This document shows positions 19,643-29,063 of a DNA stretch of 32,394 bases, in pieces (position 1 is the stretch's first letter; each line of letters begins with the position of its first letter). The stretch lies in the IMG/VR virus record IMGVR_UViG_3300017785_007104, positions 1 through 32,394 of that record; one strand, 5' to 3'. The DNA comes from a virus. Its lineage: Duplodnaviria; Caudoviricetes. The notes beneath the pieces were generated by a model. That model did not search any database and was not told the DNA's origin. It saw only the letters and a list, made by a program, of their open reading frames with translations. A program made the translations under genes and the position numbers.

Positions 19643-22600
19643 CATATATTGCTGGTATTAATAAACTTAATAAAATTGTACACCTCGCCGATATTCATAT
19701 ACGATTATTTAAACGACACGATGAATATCGGGAATGTTTTGAAACACTCTATAACCAGTTACGTCAAGAAGATTTGACTGATTCGGTTATTGTTGTTGCA
19801 GGTGATATTGTTCACGCAAAAACAGATATGAGTCCTGAAATGGTCATGTTAGCAACTGAATTTTTAAAGAATTTAGCTGACATTGCCCCAACAATAGTGA
19901 TTGCTGGTAATCATGATTTGAACCTGTCCAACATGAACAGATTGGATAGTTTGACTCCGTTGATTAAAAGTATTAATCATGATCGATTACATTATCTCAA
20001 ACACTCCGGTGTATACCAGGTAGGAGATACAGATTTTGCCGTATTTTCTATTTTGGATGAAAAGGAAAAGTGGCCTTCGTACAAAGATTGTACATCGAAA
20101 AAGAAAGTTGCATTATATCATGGACCTGTTCATGGAGCGCAAACAGATGCTCGATATGTCATTACAAATCGTCATGTTGATGTATCAACATTTAATGGAT
20201 TCGATGCGGTATTGCTTGGGGATATTCACAAGTATCAAGTTCTGCAAGAACGTGGTACGGGGAAACCAATTATCGTATATTCATCATCACTTATCCAACA
20301 AAATCACGGGGAAACCGTAAATAATCATGGGTGGTGTTTGTGGGATATGCAAAATTTTACGCATATCTTTAAAGAAGTACCAAATAATTTTGGATATTAC
20401 ACAGTGGATGTTAAAAATGGTAAGGTTCCTGTATTGACGGATGTACCAAAAAATGTTCGTATGCGTATTTTCACAGGAGTATTGGATACTACTGGGGTGA
20501 AGAAGTTGGTATCCGTACTAAGAAAACAACATAATATTATTGAATTAAGTATTAATAAATCCAAGCACGATAACGCCGAACGAGAAAAATTGAAGAGTGG
20601 ATTGGAAATTATGGATGTTCAAAATGTGAATATCCAAAATACACTTATTCAAGATTGGTTAGAACGAACATACGATAATACCATCAGTCCAAACTTGATG
20701 AAACAAATATTGGAAGTAAACAATACTCTCAATTCTAGTATTAATCACGATGATCATTCCCGTAATGTAAATTGGCGTCCGCTTCAATTGAAATTTTCTA
20801 ATATGTTCTCCTACGGAGAAGATAATGTTATTAACTTTGGAAAAATGCGGGGTATTTACGGTATCTTCGCACAGAACGCAAGTGGAAAGAGTTCTGCGAT
20901 GGATGCGCTTATCTTTACTTTATATGATAAGACCCCACGAGCATTCCGTGGTGATCATATTATGAATAATCGTAAGGATGAATTTACTTGTCAACTAAAG
21001 TTTGAAATTAACAATGAAATCTTTTATATTCGTAGAACCGGCACCCGTAAGAAAACTGGTGATGTGAAAGTTGATGTTTCATTCTGGAAGGAAAACAACG
21101 ACGGCACACATACATCCTTAAATGGTGAAGATCGTCGTGATACCAATGTTAACATTCGTAATTATGTGGGTAGTTATGAAGATTTCGTATTGACAGCACT
21201 AAGTGGGCAAACTAGTAATGCGTTGTTTATTGACAAGTCACATAGTGAACGAAAGGATTTACTTATTCAGTTTATGGGATTGAGTATTTTTGATAAGTTA
21301 GCAGACACCGCAAATGATGAGATAAAAGAAATTTCTGGAGCATTGAAGAAGTTCAAAAAGATAGATTTTACTCAGACACTATCAGATACACAAAACAAAT
21401 TGGATATTTCTCGTGATGAACATACACGAGTAGAAACTAGTTCTACGAAGGTTAAGGACGAACGAGAAGTATTATATGCTAGATTAAAGAATTGGCAGGA
21501 TCAAAAGAAACTAGTACCAAATATTGAATTGGATATTACCAAGTTACAATCTGATTTAAAAAACGCAACTGGGCAGTATACAATCAACGAAAAAGATAAA
21601 GAGGAAGCGGAGGTACGACTAACCAATCTACAGGAAATAATTCACGACAAAACAAAAAATCTACAATTATTTGTTGGTGACGAATTAAAACGAGATACTG
21701 ACGAATATAATCGTTTATCTGAACTAGTTAAAAAGGGAAATGGTGCGTGTAAACTAACGATATCCAAGATAGCAGAAAAGGAAAAGTTTAAGGAAAAATT
21801 AGAAAGTTATAAATATAATCCAAATTGTGATGTCTGTGTTACTAATAACCAATCAGTAATTGATGATTTGAAACAAGTAAAACTTGAGCTATCAGAATTG
21901 TACGACATACAGAAGAAGCAAGAAGACGCCATTGCAGACATTGAATTTCAGAAACAACCGTTGAAAGAACGAGTAGAACAGTATGAACGATATATTGAAT
22001 TGCAAACGGAAATTCAATTATTACAACGCAAATCACAATCGGAAGAATTAACTATTCAAAAGTTAATTACCGTGATTGAAAAGTATGATCGACAAGTGGA
22101 ACAGATTAACAAAGATATTGAACTTCATCGGGCAAATGAAGAAAACATCAAACATAATCTTGATATTGACACGAATATTGAATATGTGGAACATGATATT
22201 GAGAGTAGCAAGAAGCAAATTAATCATCTGGAAAAGGTGCTTCGTGACCTTCACGGGGAAATCCGCGTTCTGGAGGCCAGTAAGACCGATATTATGAATC
22301 AGATTAAAGAAGCGGAACAGTTGGAGAATACCTACGAAGCGTATAAATACTATATGGAAGCAGTTGGTCGTGATGGTATCCCATACGAACTAATGAGTAA
22401 AGCAATTCCAAATATTGAGGCAGAAATAAACAATATATTAACACAGATCGTAGATTTCACAATTTCGTTGGAAGTGGATGGGAAAAATATTGTGGGTAAA
22501 TTAAACTATGATTATGATCGTATTTGGCCATTAGAAAACAGTTCGGGAATGGAACGGTTTATCAGTAGTTTGGCAATTCGTGTAGCCTTGATGAACGCTA

Positions 22601-22812
22601 GTAATTTACCAAAATCTAATTTTATGATAGTAGACGAAGGATTGGGAACACTGGACGCGGAGAACCTGGGTTCGATGCACACCCTATTCGGTATCCTCAA
22701 AGCTCAATTTGATTTCCTAATCGTTATTAGTCACTTAGATGCAGTACGAGATATGGTAGATCATTTAATTGAAATCAAACGAGAGGACGGATGGAGTTAT
22801 ATTCAATCGTGA
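19639..22812 (+). CDS. Fused Mre11/SbcD metallophosphoesterase - Rad50/SbcC ATPase (T4 gp47+gp46-like)
   Basis: Nuclease motifs: HLADIH, VAGDIVH, IAGNHD, LLGDIHK. ATPase motifs: NMFSY, Walker A AQNASGKSS, coiled coil with CDVC hook, signature SSGMER, Walker B IVDEGLGTLD, VISH. Confidence 0.93.
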   Translation: MTYIAGINKLNKIVHLADIHIRLFKRHDEYRECFETLYNQLRQEDLTDSVIVVAGDIVHAKTDMSPEMVMLATEFLKNLADIAPTIVIAGNHDLNLSNMNRLDSLTPLIKSINHDRLHYLKHSGVYQVGDTDFAVFSILDEKEKWPSYKDCTSKKKVALYHGPVHGAQTDARYVITNRHVDVSTFNGFDAVLLGDIHKYQVLQERGTGKPIIVYSSSLIQQNHGETVNNHGWCLWDMQNFTHIFKEVPNNFGYYTVDVKNGKVPVLTDVPKNVRMRIFTGVLDTTGVKKLVSVLRKQHNIIELSINKSKHDNAEREKLKSGLEIMDVQNVNIQNTLIQDWLERTYDNTISPNLMKQILEVNNTLNSSINHDDHSRNVNWRPLQLKFSNMFSYGEDNVINFGKMRGIYGIFAQNASGKSSAMDALIFTLYDKTPRAFRGDHIMNNRKDEFTCQLKFEINNEIFYIRRTGTRKKTGDVKVDVSFWKENNDGTHTSLNGEDRRDTNVNIRNYVGSYEDFVLTALSGQTSNALFIDKSHSERKDLLIQFMGLSIFDKLADTANDEIKEISGALKKFKKIDFTQTLSDTQNKLDISRDEHTRVETSSTKVKDEREVLYARLKNWQDQKKLVPNIELDITKLQSDLKNATGQYTINEKDKEEAEVRLTNLQEIIHDKTKNLQLFVGDELKRDTDEYNRLSELVKKGNGACKLTISKIAEKEKFKEKLESYKYNPNCDVCVTNNQSVIDDLKQVKLELSELYDIQKKQEDAIADIEFQKQPLKERVEQYERYIELQTEIQLLQRKSQSEELTIQKLITVIEKYDRQVEQINKDIELHRANEENIKHNLDIDTNIEYVEHDIESSKKQINHLEKVLRDLHGEIRVLEASKTDIMNQIKEAEQLENTYEAYKYYMEAVGRDGIPYELMSKAIPNIEAEINNILTQIVDFTISLEVDGKNIVGKLNYDYDRIWPLENSSGMERFISSLAIRVALMNASNLPKSNFMIVDEGLGTLDAENLGSMHTLFGILKAQFDFLIVISHLDAVRDMVDHLIEIKREDGWSYIQS

Positions 22813-22816
22813 TAAC

Positions 22817-22824
22817 TATTTATA
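22817..22824 (+). promoter_or_regulatory. TATTTATA motif within a TAACTA/TAGTTA inverted repeat, putative late promoter
   Basis: Located 26 nt before ATG 22851, where virion-type genes resume after the replication cassette. Confidence 0.55.
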
Positions 22825-22850
22825 TTGAGTAGTTAACACGAAGAGAACTT

Positions 22851-24677
22851 ATGCCACGAATTAAAAAAATATTATCAAAACAAAATCTAGCACAATTACC
22901 AGTATTGATAACCGACACTGGACCTGAGTCTTTATATTTTAATATAAAACAATTATCTGGTGTGTTTACGGGTGGTCGTAATGCTTTTTTAATATCTGGA
23001 ACTTCTCTACTAAAACCAAACACAGAGGTTTTGATAGAAATTATAGACTCTAACGGTAATAGTTTGTATGTTGAGGCAATTAGAGGATTTGTAGAAGGTG
23101 GTGCGAGATTGGTGGTTGTTGAAGTGTATGAAAATACACCCCGTGGTTCTGCGCTATTAACCATCGTAGGAACCGCAAGAATAAACGCAAAAACCAACAC
23201 AGTATTACCAAACGAGGTAACACAATCACCAAATGTACGATGGCAGAAAAAAATTATTATAGAACCGAAAACAAAAAATATAACACCAATTAGAATTAAA
23301 AAACAACCTGAAATAATAGTAGATGAATTGTTACTAACTGGTTCGTTATTAAGCCAATCAGTAATTAATACTGCAATATCAAATATAACTTTGAAACCAA
23401 AATCTGTTTTAAATAAACAGAAAGGATATATTGTCGTTGTAAATGATGGTGAATCAATTCAATTTAACTCGTCACATTTGACACCAAAAATAACTGGCAG
23501 TTTTACCCTACAGCAAAGAACATACAGAGGTACAATACCAGCAACAACAGAATCTATAGAAATTACACAAATTCACACAGCATCACTAAATTTACCACTT
23601 TCATTATTAAACGCATCAAAGTCATTTACCGACACAACTATTACAAGTTCTGTAGATAATAGTGTATTAAATATTACACCAATTAAAAATGGGCAGTATG
23701 AAATTGGTGAAAATTTATATACGGCGTCCGCAACGACATATGTTAGAACAGCAAAATCCCTTACTGGTTCTATAGAATATTATTATGTAAGTGAAAGTTC
23801 TACTTTAACAACGGGTAGTATATTATCGTTCGCAAAACTGCGTATTATCAATTTGGATACGATCAGTGGTGAAATTTTTAGAATTAAAACTTCCAATAGA
23901 CAAGCCGGTTCTCAAACAGATTTTGCTTTCGTTGCAGATACTCCGACACGAGTAGGTGAATTATTAATAACAAGTTCAACGGATCAAGATGATAGAGAAC
24001 AACCAATCGGAGTATTCAATACATTATCAATATTAACTGCGAGTTGGTATGCACATAATGTTACGGGGTCGGGAATACCAGATACTTCGTATGGTGACGA
24101 TACTATAAATGCAGCAACGCACATCAGTTTGAGTCGTGATAACAATTATATGTTAGATGCTGGATACGCCGTAACAACTACTAGTAGTTATTTCATTGGT
24201 ACTCGTAAAGAAATTGATCTGTTCCCAACATCGGAATATACATTGAAGTTCGATAGTTATGTATATACAACTTCTGCGTCATATGCATTTACTTCAAGTC
24301 AATATGTAATGGATGTGTATTTAACTGGATCTGCTATAGTGGGTGACAATATATTCGGACAAAAAATAGCATCTGTTAGTACAAAAGAAAAAGTAGCATA
24401 CTTTCCAAACAAAACATTTAACTTCACGGTTCCACGAATTGGTAATGCGGGATTGCGATTTGTTATTAACAATGGATTTTGGCAAATTGCAAACATTTCA
24501 TTAAAGGTTGCTGAAGAATATGCATTTAGTCCTGGTGAAGTCACAATCACAGTACCTAACACGACACAAACAACTGCAAGTTTAGTATTTAAAACTGACT
24601 TGTTTGATATCAATAATAACGCGTTGGATTTAAATATCCAATCAATACCAACCTTCTTCTCGGGTTCAAGACGATGA
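22851..24677 (+). CDS. Virion structural protein (608 aa, beta-rich)
   Basis: Thr/Ser-rich with TGS repeats like the other structural genes. N-terminal FTGGRNAFLISG..LKPNTEVLIEIIDSNGN. Confidence 0.7.
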   Translation: MPRIKKILSKQNLAQLPVLITDTGPESLYFNIKQLSGVFTGGRNAFLISGTSLLKPNTEVLIEIIDSNGNSLYVEAIRGFVEGGARLVVVEVYENTPRGSALLTIVGTARINAKTNTVLPNEVTQSPNVRWQKKIIIEPKTKNITPIRIKKQPEIIVDELLLTGSLLSQSVINTAISNITLKPKSVLNKQKGYIVVVNDGESIQFNSSHLTPKITGSFTLQQRTYRGTIPATTESIEITQIHTASLNLPLSLLNASKSFTDTTITSSVDNSVLNITPIKNGQYEIGENLYTASATTYVRTAKSLTGSIEYYYVSESSTLTTGSILSFAKLRIINLDTISGEIFRIKTSNRQAGSQTDFAFVADTPTRVGELLITSSTDQDDREQPIGVFNTLSILTASWYAHNVTGSGIPDTSYGDDTINAATHISLSRDNNYMLDAGYAVTTTSSYFIGTRKEIDLFPTSEYTLKFDSYVYTTSASYAFTSSQYVMDVYLTGSAIVGDNIFGQKIASVSTKEKVAYFPNKTFNFTVPRIGNAGLRFVINNGFWQIANISLKVAEEYAFSPGEVTITVPNTTQTTASLVFKTDLFDINNNALDLNIQSIPTFFSGSRR

Positions 24678-27600
24678 ATTTAGATAAACTTTTTGAACAA
24701 GTAGTAGTATTAAATAATTATATTGAGCAACACAATTTTTTGGTCGAAAAACTCGCACCTGATCTTGTGGAAGAATTATCTATCACTACTGCCGATACTT
24801 TGGAAGAAGCAAACAAAAAGCGTAAAAAAGCTAAACAAAAAATTAAACGCTATGGATTTTTCTATCCTTTGTATCCACATATAATGAAAACTGGTGAACA
24901 ACCAAAAGAAGAACCACCAACACCACCAACAGATAGTGGTGATGCTGGCGGTGACGCCGGTGGCGGTGACGCCGGTGGCGGTGACGCCGGTGGTGATGAG
25001 GGAGTAGAAGAAGAGAACAGAGTGGCAAGAAAACCAGGACAACAAGCCAACAGTAAAAAACATAGTGATCTGTACACAGATGAAAATCCCAAAGGTACTA
25101 TACACGGGTTAAAATTTGCAACGGTAGACGATGCCACGGTAAGTGTATCCAAGATACGCCGTAGTGGTCGTACTCACGCACACAAGATTCAGGCAGCTAT
25201 AGCTATGGAACAACGGGCACGAGCGGCTGGTAAGGTGTCGGCAGCTGCGGTATACCGTGCTTATATTAACAGTGTAAAAAAAGATGAAGTAGGAATGGTT
25301 TATCCATACTCAATTGGTCCTGAACAAGACGATGAATTCATCAATACCGAAGCACTGTCAAGCACAGAACGAATGCGTCGATATAATAAGCGACACCCAG
25401 AAAAAGTACGAAGTTATCTTAAAAAAACACAAGACGATAGAGTAACTCGTAATCGTGATCGTAAAAAAGCAGTTAAACGACATGGTAAATCAAAAATGAA
25501 AAACCACGATGTCCATCATCCAAATGGTACAACGGGTGGTAAGTGGCAATTAGCAAGAAAAGACCATGGGCGAGATAAGAAGAATGAAAATATAGAATAT
25601 GTGTATTTATCGGAATTGTATGACGGACTTGCTCCAAATGGACCGTGGCAATTAATAGCAGAAGGTGGTGCTGCTGGACACTTGGCACATCCATATGAAG
25701 ATGACGAATTAACATTTACCGATGTTAAGGAAATGATAAAACGAGGATTGGTGGGAGGATTGGATGCGGAAGCACCTGTCACCGAAAAACTTGACGGCCA
25801 AAATTTAACCTTTAGTGTTAAAAATGGGCAAGTTGTCTTTGCTCGTAATAAAGGACAAATTAAAAACTTTGGTCAAAATGCATTAGATGTAGCAGGCATT
25901 CGTCAAATGTTTGCTGGTCGTGGAGCAATTGAAAAATCCTTTGGCGGTGCGGCTCAAGATTTACAAAAGGCAGTAAACGCTCTACCAGAACAAGAACAAG
26001 AACAATTGTTTGGTAACGGTCGTAAGTTCATGAATGTAGAAGTTATATTTCCAGATACAAAAAATGTTATTCCATACGACAAACCTGTTATAGTATTTCA
26101 TGGAACGATTGAATACGATAAAGATGGTAATGAAGTTGGACGAAGTATTGACGATGGTAAAGTACTAGACACACAACTTCGTCGGGTGAGTGCTCAGCAA
26201 CAACAAACATTTGGATTATCAGGACCACAATCTATTTCGTTTAATGACGCTGATACCGCTCGAAATTTAGAAAAATTAAAAAAATATGGATCAGAAATTG
26301 GTCGTTTACAAAACGAATTTGATCTTGATGATAAGAGTACATTAGAAGATTATAAGAAAACATGGTGGGAACGAGAAATTGCAAGACAAGTAGAAACTCA
26401 AGGATTGGAATTATCAGAAGAACAATTTGATGGATTGATTAACCGATGGGCAACTGGGGATAAAAAAGCAATTGGCGTTAAAGATTTTGAAGATTCGGAA
26501 ACTAAAAAGTGGTTCCGTGAATTTGAAGCAGAACAACTTGTCAATATGCAAAAACAATGTGTTCGCCCATTAGAACAAGTATTCTTACGAGTTGGTGTGG
26601 ATACATTACAACGAGTAACCAACCTGTTATCGGCAAATAATCCAGAAGCGGGAGAAAGTTTAAAACAAGAATTGTTAAACGCTATAAAATCTATCCGTGA
26701 TACCGGTGATAGAAATCAATTAGCGGCACTGCAACAACAAATAGAAAGATTAGATGATTTGGGTATAAAAAATGTGGTCCCAAGTGAAGGGATTGTATTT
26801 ATGTATAATGGTAAACCATATAAATTTACAGGTACCTTTGCTCCCGTGAATCAAATATTGGGTATGATGAAATTTGATCGTGGTAAAGCAAAAATCGTTG
26901 ATGAACCAGAAGAACCATCAAAAGAAAAAACAACGACCAAACAAACGCAACCCACACCAACTGGTGAAAAACAAACCGTAGCAATTTTTACCGGTCGATT
27001 TCAACCATTCCACGCCGGTCACTATAGTATTTATAGAGCATTGGTGAAAAAATTTGGTGAGGATAGTGTGTATATCGCATCATCAGACAAAACTGACCCA
27101 ACAAAATCTCCATTTGGATTTAATGATAAAAAGGATATTATGACACAAATGTTCGATATCCCAGAAGATAAAATAGTACAAGTAAAAAACCCATATGCAC
27201 CAAAAGAAATATTAGAAAAATTACCACCCGATACAGTATATGTTACCGCAGTCAGTCAAAAAGACTCCGAACGATTAACTGGTGGTAAGTATTTTCAAAA
27301 TTACGAAGATGTTCCTGAAAAAGAAAGAACGGGATATGCGGATAAAGGATATTTTATTATTGCTCCGGAAATGCAATTACAACTCAAGGGTAAAAATATC
27401 AGCGGTACACAAGTCCGTGCAATTATGGGAGATCCTAATATTACGGACAGAGCAAAACAAGAAATTTTTACGATGATATATGGTAAATTTGACCAAAATA
27501 TCTTTAAAAAGATTGTTAATGTTACCACCGACGCCGAAGAAGCATTAAAATTAACACAACAATATGGTGGTGATAACGCAGCAAAACCGACAATGGTAAA

Positions 27601-27799
27601 AACAAAACAACCCGTATCACCAGAAAAACCAAAAGTTGCAAGAACAAAAAAACAAACACCAAAACCAAAAGATCCATCATTTTACAAACCCGGAGAAACC
27701 TGGGAAACCGAAGGTGGTAATTTTGGTGGTAAAAATAAAAAGAATCAAGTACGATATTTTGGTAGTAAACAACGAGCGATGTTATTTGCAAAAACATAA
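24674..27799 (+). CDS. Modular 1041-aa protein: small basic modules, HNH-like remnant, RNA-ligase-fold nucleotidyltransferase (DUF6267-like) and HxGH nucleotidyltransferase (cytidyltransferase/NMNAT-like)
   Basis: TEKLDGQN (motif I KxDG), FARNK, MNVEVI, SEGIVF, KFTG. C-terminal IFTGRFQPFHAGH ... ISGTQVR. ATGA-coupled to the upstream gene. Confidence 0.8.
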   Translation: MNLDKLFEQVVVLNNYIEQHNFLVEKLAPDLVEELSITTADTLEEANKKRKKAKQKIKRYGFFYPLYPHIMKTGEQPKEEPPTPPTDSGDAGGDAGGGDAGGGDAGGDEGVEEENRVARKPGQQANSKKHSDLYTDENPKGTIHGLKFATVDDATVSVSKIRRSGRTHAHKIQAAIAMEQRARAAGKVSAAAVYRAYINSVKKDEVGMVYPYSIGPEQDDEFINTEALSSTERMRRYNKRHPEKVRSYLKKTQDDRVTRNRDRKKAVKRHGKSKMKNHDVHHPNGTTGGKWQLARKDHGRDKKNENIEYVYLSELYDGLAPNGPWQLIAEGGAAGHLAHPYEDDELTFTDVKEMIKRGLVGGLDAEAPVTEKLDGQNLTFSVKNGQVVFARNKGQIKNFGQNALDVAGIRQMFAGRGAIEKSFGGAAQDLQKAVNALPEQEQEQLFGNGRKFMNVEVIFPDTKNVIPYDKPVIVFHGTIEYDKDGNEVGRSIDDGKVLDTQLRRVSAQQQQTFGLSGPQSISFNDADTARNLEKLKKYGSEIGRLQNEFDLDDKSTLEDYKKTWWEREIARQVETQGLELSEEQFDGLINRWATGDKKAIGVKDFEDSETKKWFREFEAEQLVNMQKQCVRPLEQVFLRVGVDTLQRVTNLLSANNPEAGESLKQELLNAIKSIRDTGDRNQLAALQQQIERLDDLGIKNVVPSEGIVFMYNGKPYKFTGTFAPVNQILGMMKFDRGKAKIVDEPEEPSKEKTTTKQTQPTPTGEKQTVAIFTGRFQPFHAGHYSIYRALVKKFGEDSVYIASSDKTDPTKSPFGFNDKKDIMTQMFDIPEDKIVQVKNPYAPKEILEKLPPDTVYVTAVSQKDSERLTGGKYFQNYEDVPEKERTGYADKGYFIIAPEMQLQLKGKNISGTQVRAIMGDPNITDRAKQEIFTMIYGKFDQNIFKKIVNVTTDAEEALKLTQQYGGDNAAKPTMVKTKQPVSPEKPKVARTKKQTPKPKDPSFYKPGETWETEGGNFGGKNKKNQVRYFGSKQRAMLFAKT
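24947..24991 (+). repeat. Perfect 15-bp tandem repeat (GGCGGTGACGCCGGT)x3 encoding GGDAG linker units
   Basis: Read directly from the sequence. A GC-rich patch in an AT-rich genome. Confidence 0.95.
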
Positions 27800-27810
27800 A
27801 CGAGGGTTAT

Positions 27811-28395
27811 ATGTCACACAATGAAAAAGCATTAAACAATACACGACGAAAGATTGGTGAGATTATGCGTAAGGAAGATTCCAAACTTACATTTGGATAC
27901 AAACCTGCCCCGGTAGAACGAAACGAAGGTGATGTGTGGAATGATCCACACGGAAGAACATGGACTAAAAAAGACGGATTGGTACAATCCGTCACAAAAT
28001 TAGATGGTGCTAAAACACCGTGGTGGTGTCCAAAATGTGATACCCCGTTGAACGGACATAATCTTCGTGCATATCGAAAGACCGGATATTGTCATGAGTG
28101 TATGTTAAAAGAAGAAATGGAATTAAAAATTTCTGGTCGTTGGCACCAAGAAATGGTGGCCCGTGGAAAGCGTAGTCACATCGACTGGCTTACAGATAAA
28201 ATTCAAGAATTACAAGATTACTACGATAATGTAACACATCCAGAATTTATTCATGCGGATAATGAAAAAATCTTAATGATGGAAAAGTGGAATATTGATT
28301 TGGATACTGTTAAAAAAGATTTACTGAAAGAAATTGATGAGTTTAAAGAACATTTATCTAAGGTAAACGCCGGAGAATATGATGAAATTACCTAA
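27811..28395 (+). CDS. Hypothetical protein with CxxC...CxxC zinc ribbon
   Basis: EGDVWND..GRTWTKKDG, CPKC and CHEC. GAGGG SD. Confidence 0.82.
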   Translation: MSHNEKALNNTRRKIGEIMRKEDSKLTFGYKPAPVERNEGDVWNDPHGRTWTKKDGLVQSVTKLDGAKTPWWCPKCDTPLNGHNLRAYRKTGYCHECMLKEEMELKISGRWHQEMVARGKRSHIDWLTDKIQELQDYYDNVTHPEFIHADNEKILMMEKWNIDLDTVKKDLLKEIDEFKEHLSKVNAGEYDEIT

Positions 28396-29059
28396 CCGGG
28401 TAACCAAAACTACCCAAGCATTTAAAGGATTACCACAAACCGCACAACTTGTTATTATGGGTGTGTTGGCGTTCCTTGCATTTACTATGGGAAATTGTAA
28501 AGGTACGGATAAAATGGATCAATACATTACCGAATACAAACAATTTAAAGAAAACGCACAAACCACCACACGGTATGCAGATTCATTACAACATCAAATT
28601 CTTGAACTAGCGGACAGTGCAAGAAAGAAAGATGTTATTATTCAACAATTAAATGTATCGGTTTCTTCTAAGGAAAAACAAAAAGAAAAAAGTAAAACAC
28701 AACTAATATCGTTAGAACAAAATTTGATAAACGCCAAAACCGATGGCACTCCACAGGTAGTGATTGCTACACAAGATACCATCATTGGTAATTTAAAAAT
28801 ACAACTAACAACCACAGAAGAAATTGTCACTGATCAAAAACAGATAATTGGTAATAAAGATGAACAATTACAATTAATTAATACTGGGTTGTTATTTGCC
28901 ACGCAACGAGGAGACAGCTTACAGGCTATGTTAAAACAACTCCCCCCACCACCCAAAAATCCAAATAAATTTTTAGGAATACCATTACCGAGTCGAAAGA
29001 CATCGTTGGCGGTGGGCGTGTTGGCCGGAATAGTAGTTGGAGTGGCGGTCGTAAGGTAA
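28379..29059 (+). CDS. Membrane-anchored coiled-coil protein, spanin-like
   Basis: N-terminal hydrophobic stretch ending MGNC, long coiled coil, PPPP hinge, C-terminal TM segment SLAVGVLAGIVVGVAVVR. GGAG SD. The start may be 28382. Confidence 0.6.
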   Translation: MMKLPNRVTKTTQAFKGLPQTAQLVIMGVLAFLAFTMGNCKGTDKMDQYITEYKQFKENAQTTTRYADSLQHQILELADSARKKDVIIQQLNVSVSSKEKQKEKSKTQLISLEQNLINAKTDGTPQVVIATQDTIIGNLKIQLTTTEEIVTDQKQIIGNKDEQLQLINTGLLFATQRGDSLQAMLKQLPPPPKNPNKFLGIPLPSRKTSLAVGVLAGIVVGVAVVR

Positions 29060-29063
29060 ATAT

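Noticed and set aside
24843-25028. His/Arg-rich minus-strand ORF (HHHRRHRHRR)
   Set aside because: It is simply the reverse-complement translation of the GGDAG tandem repeat.
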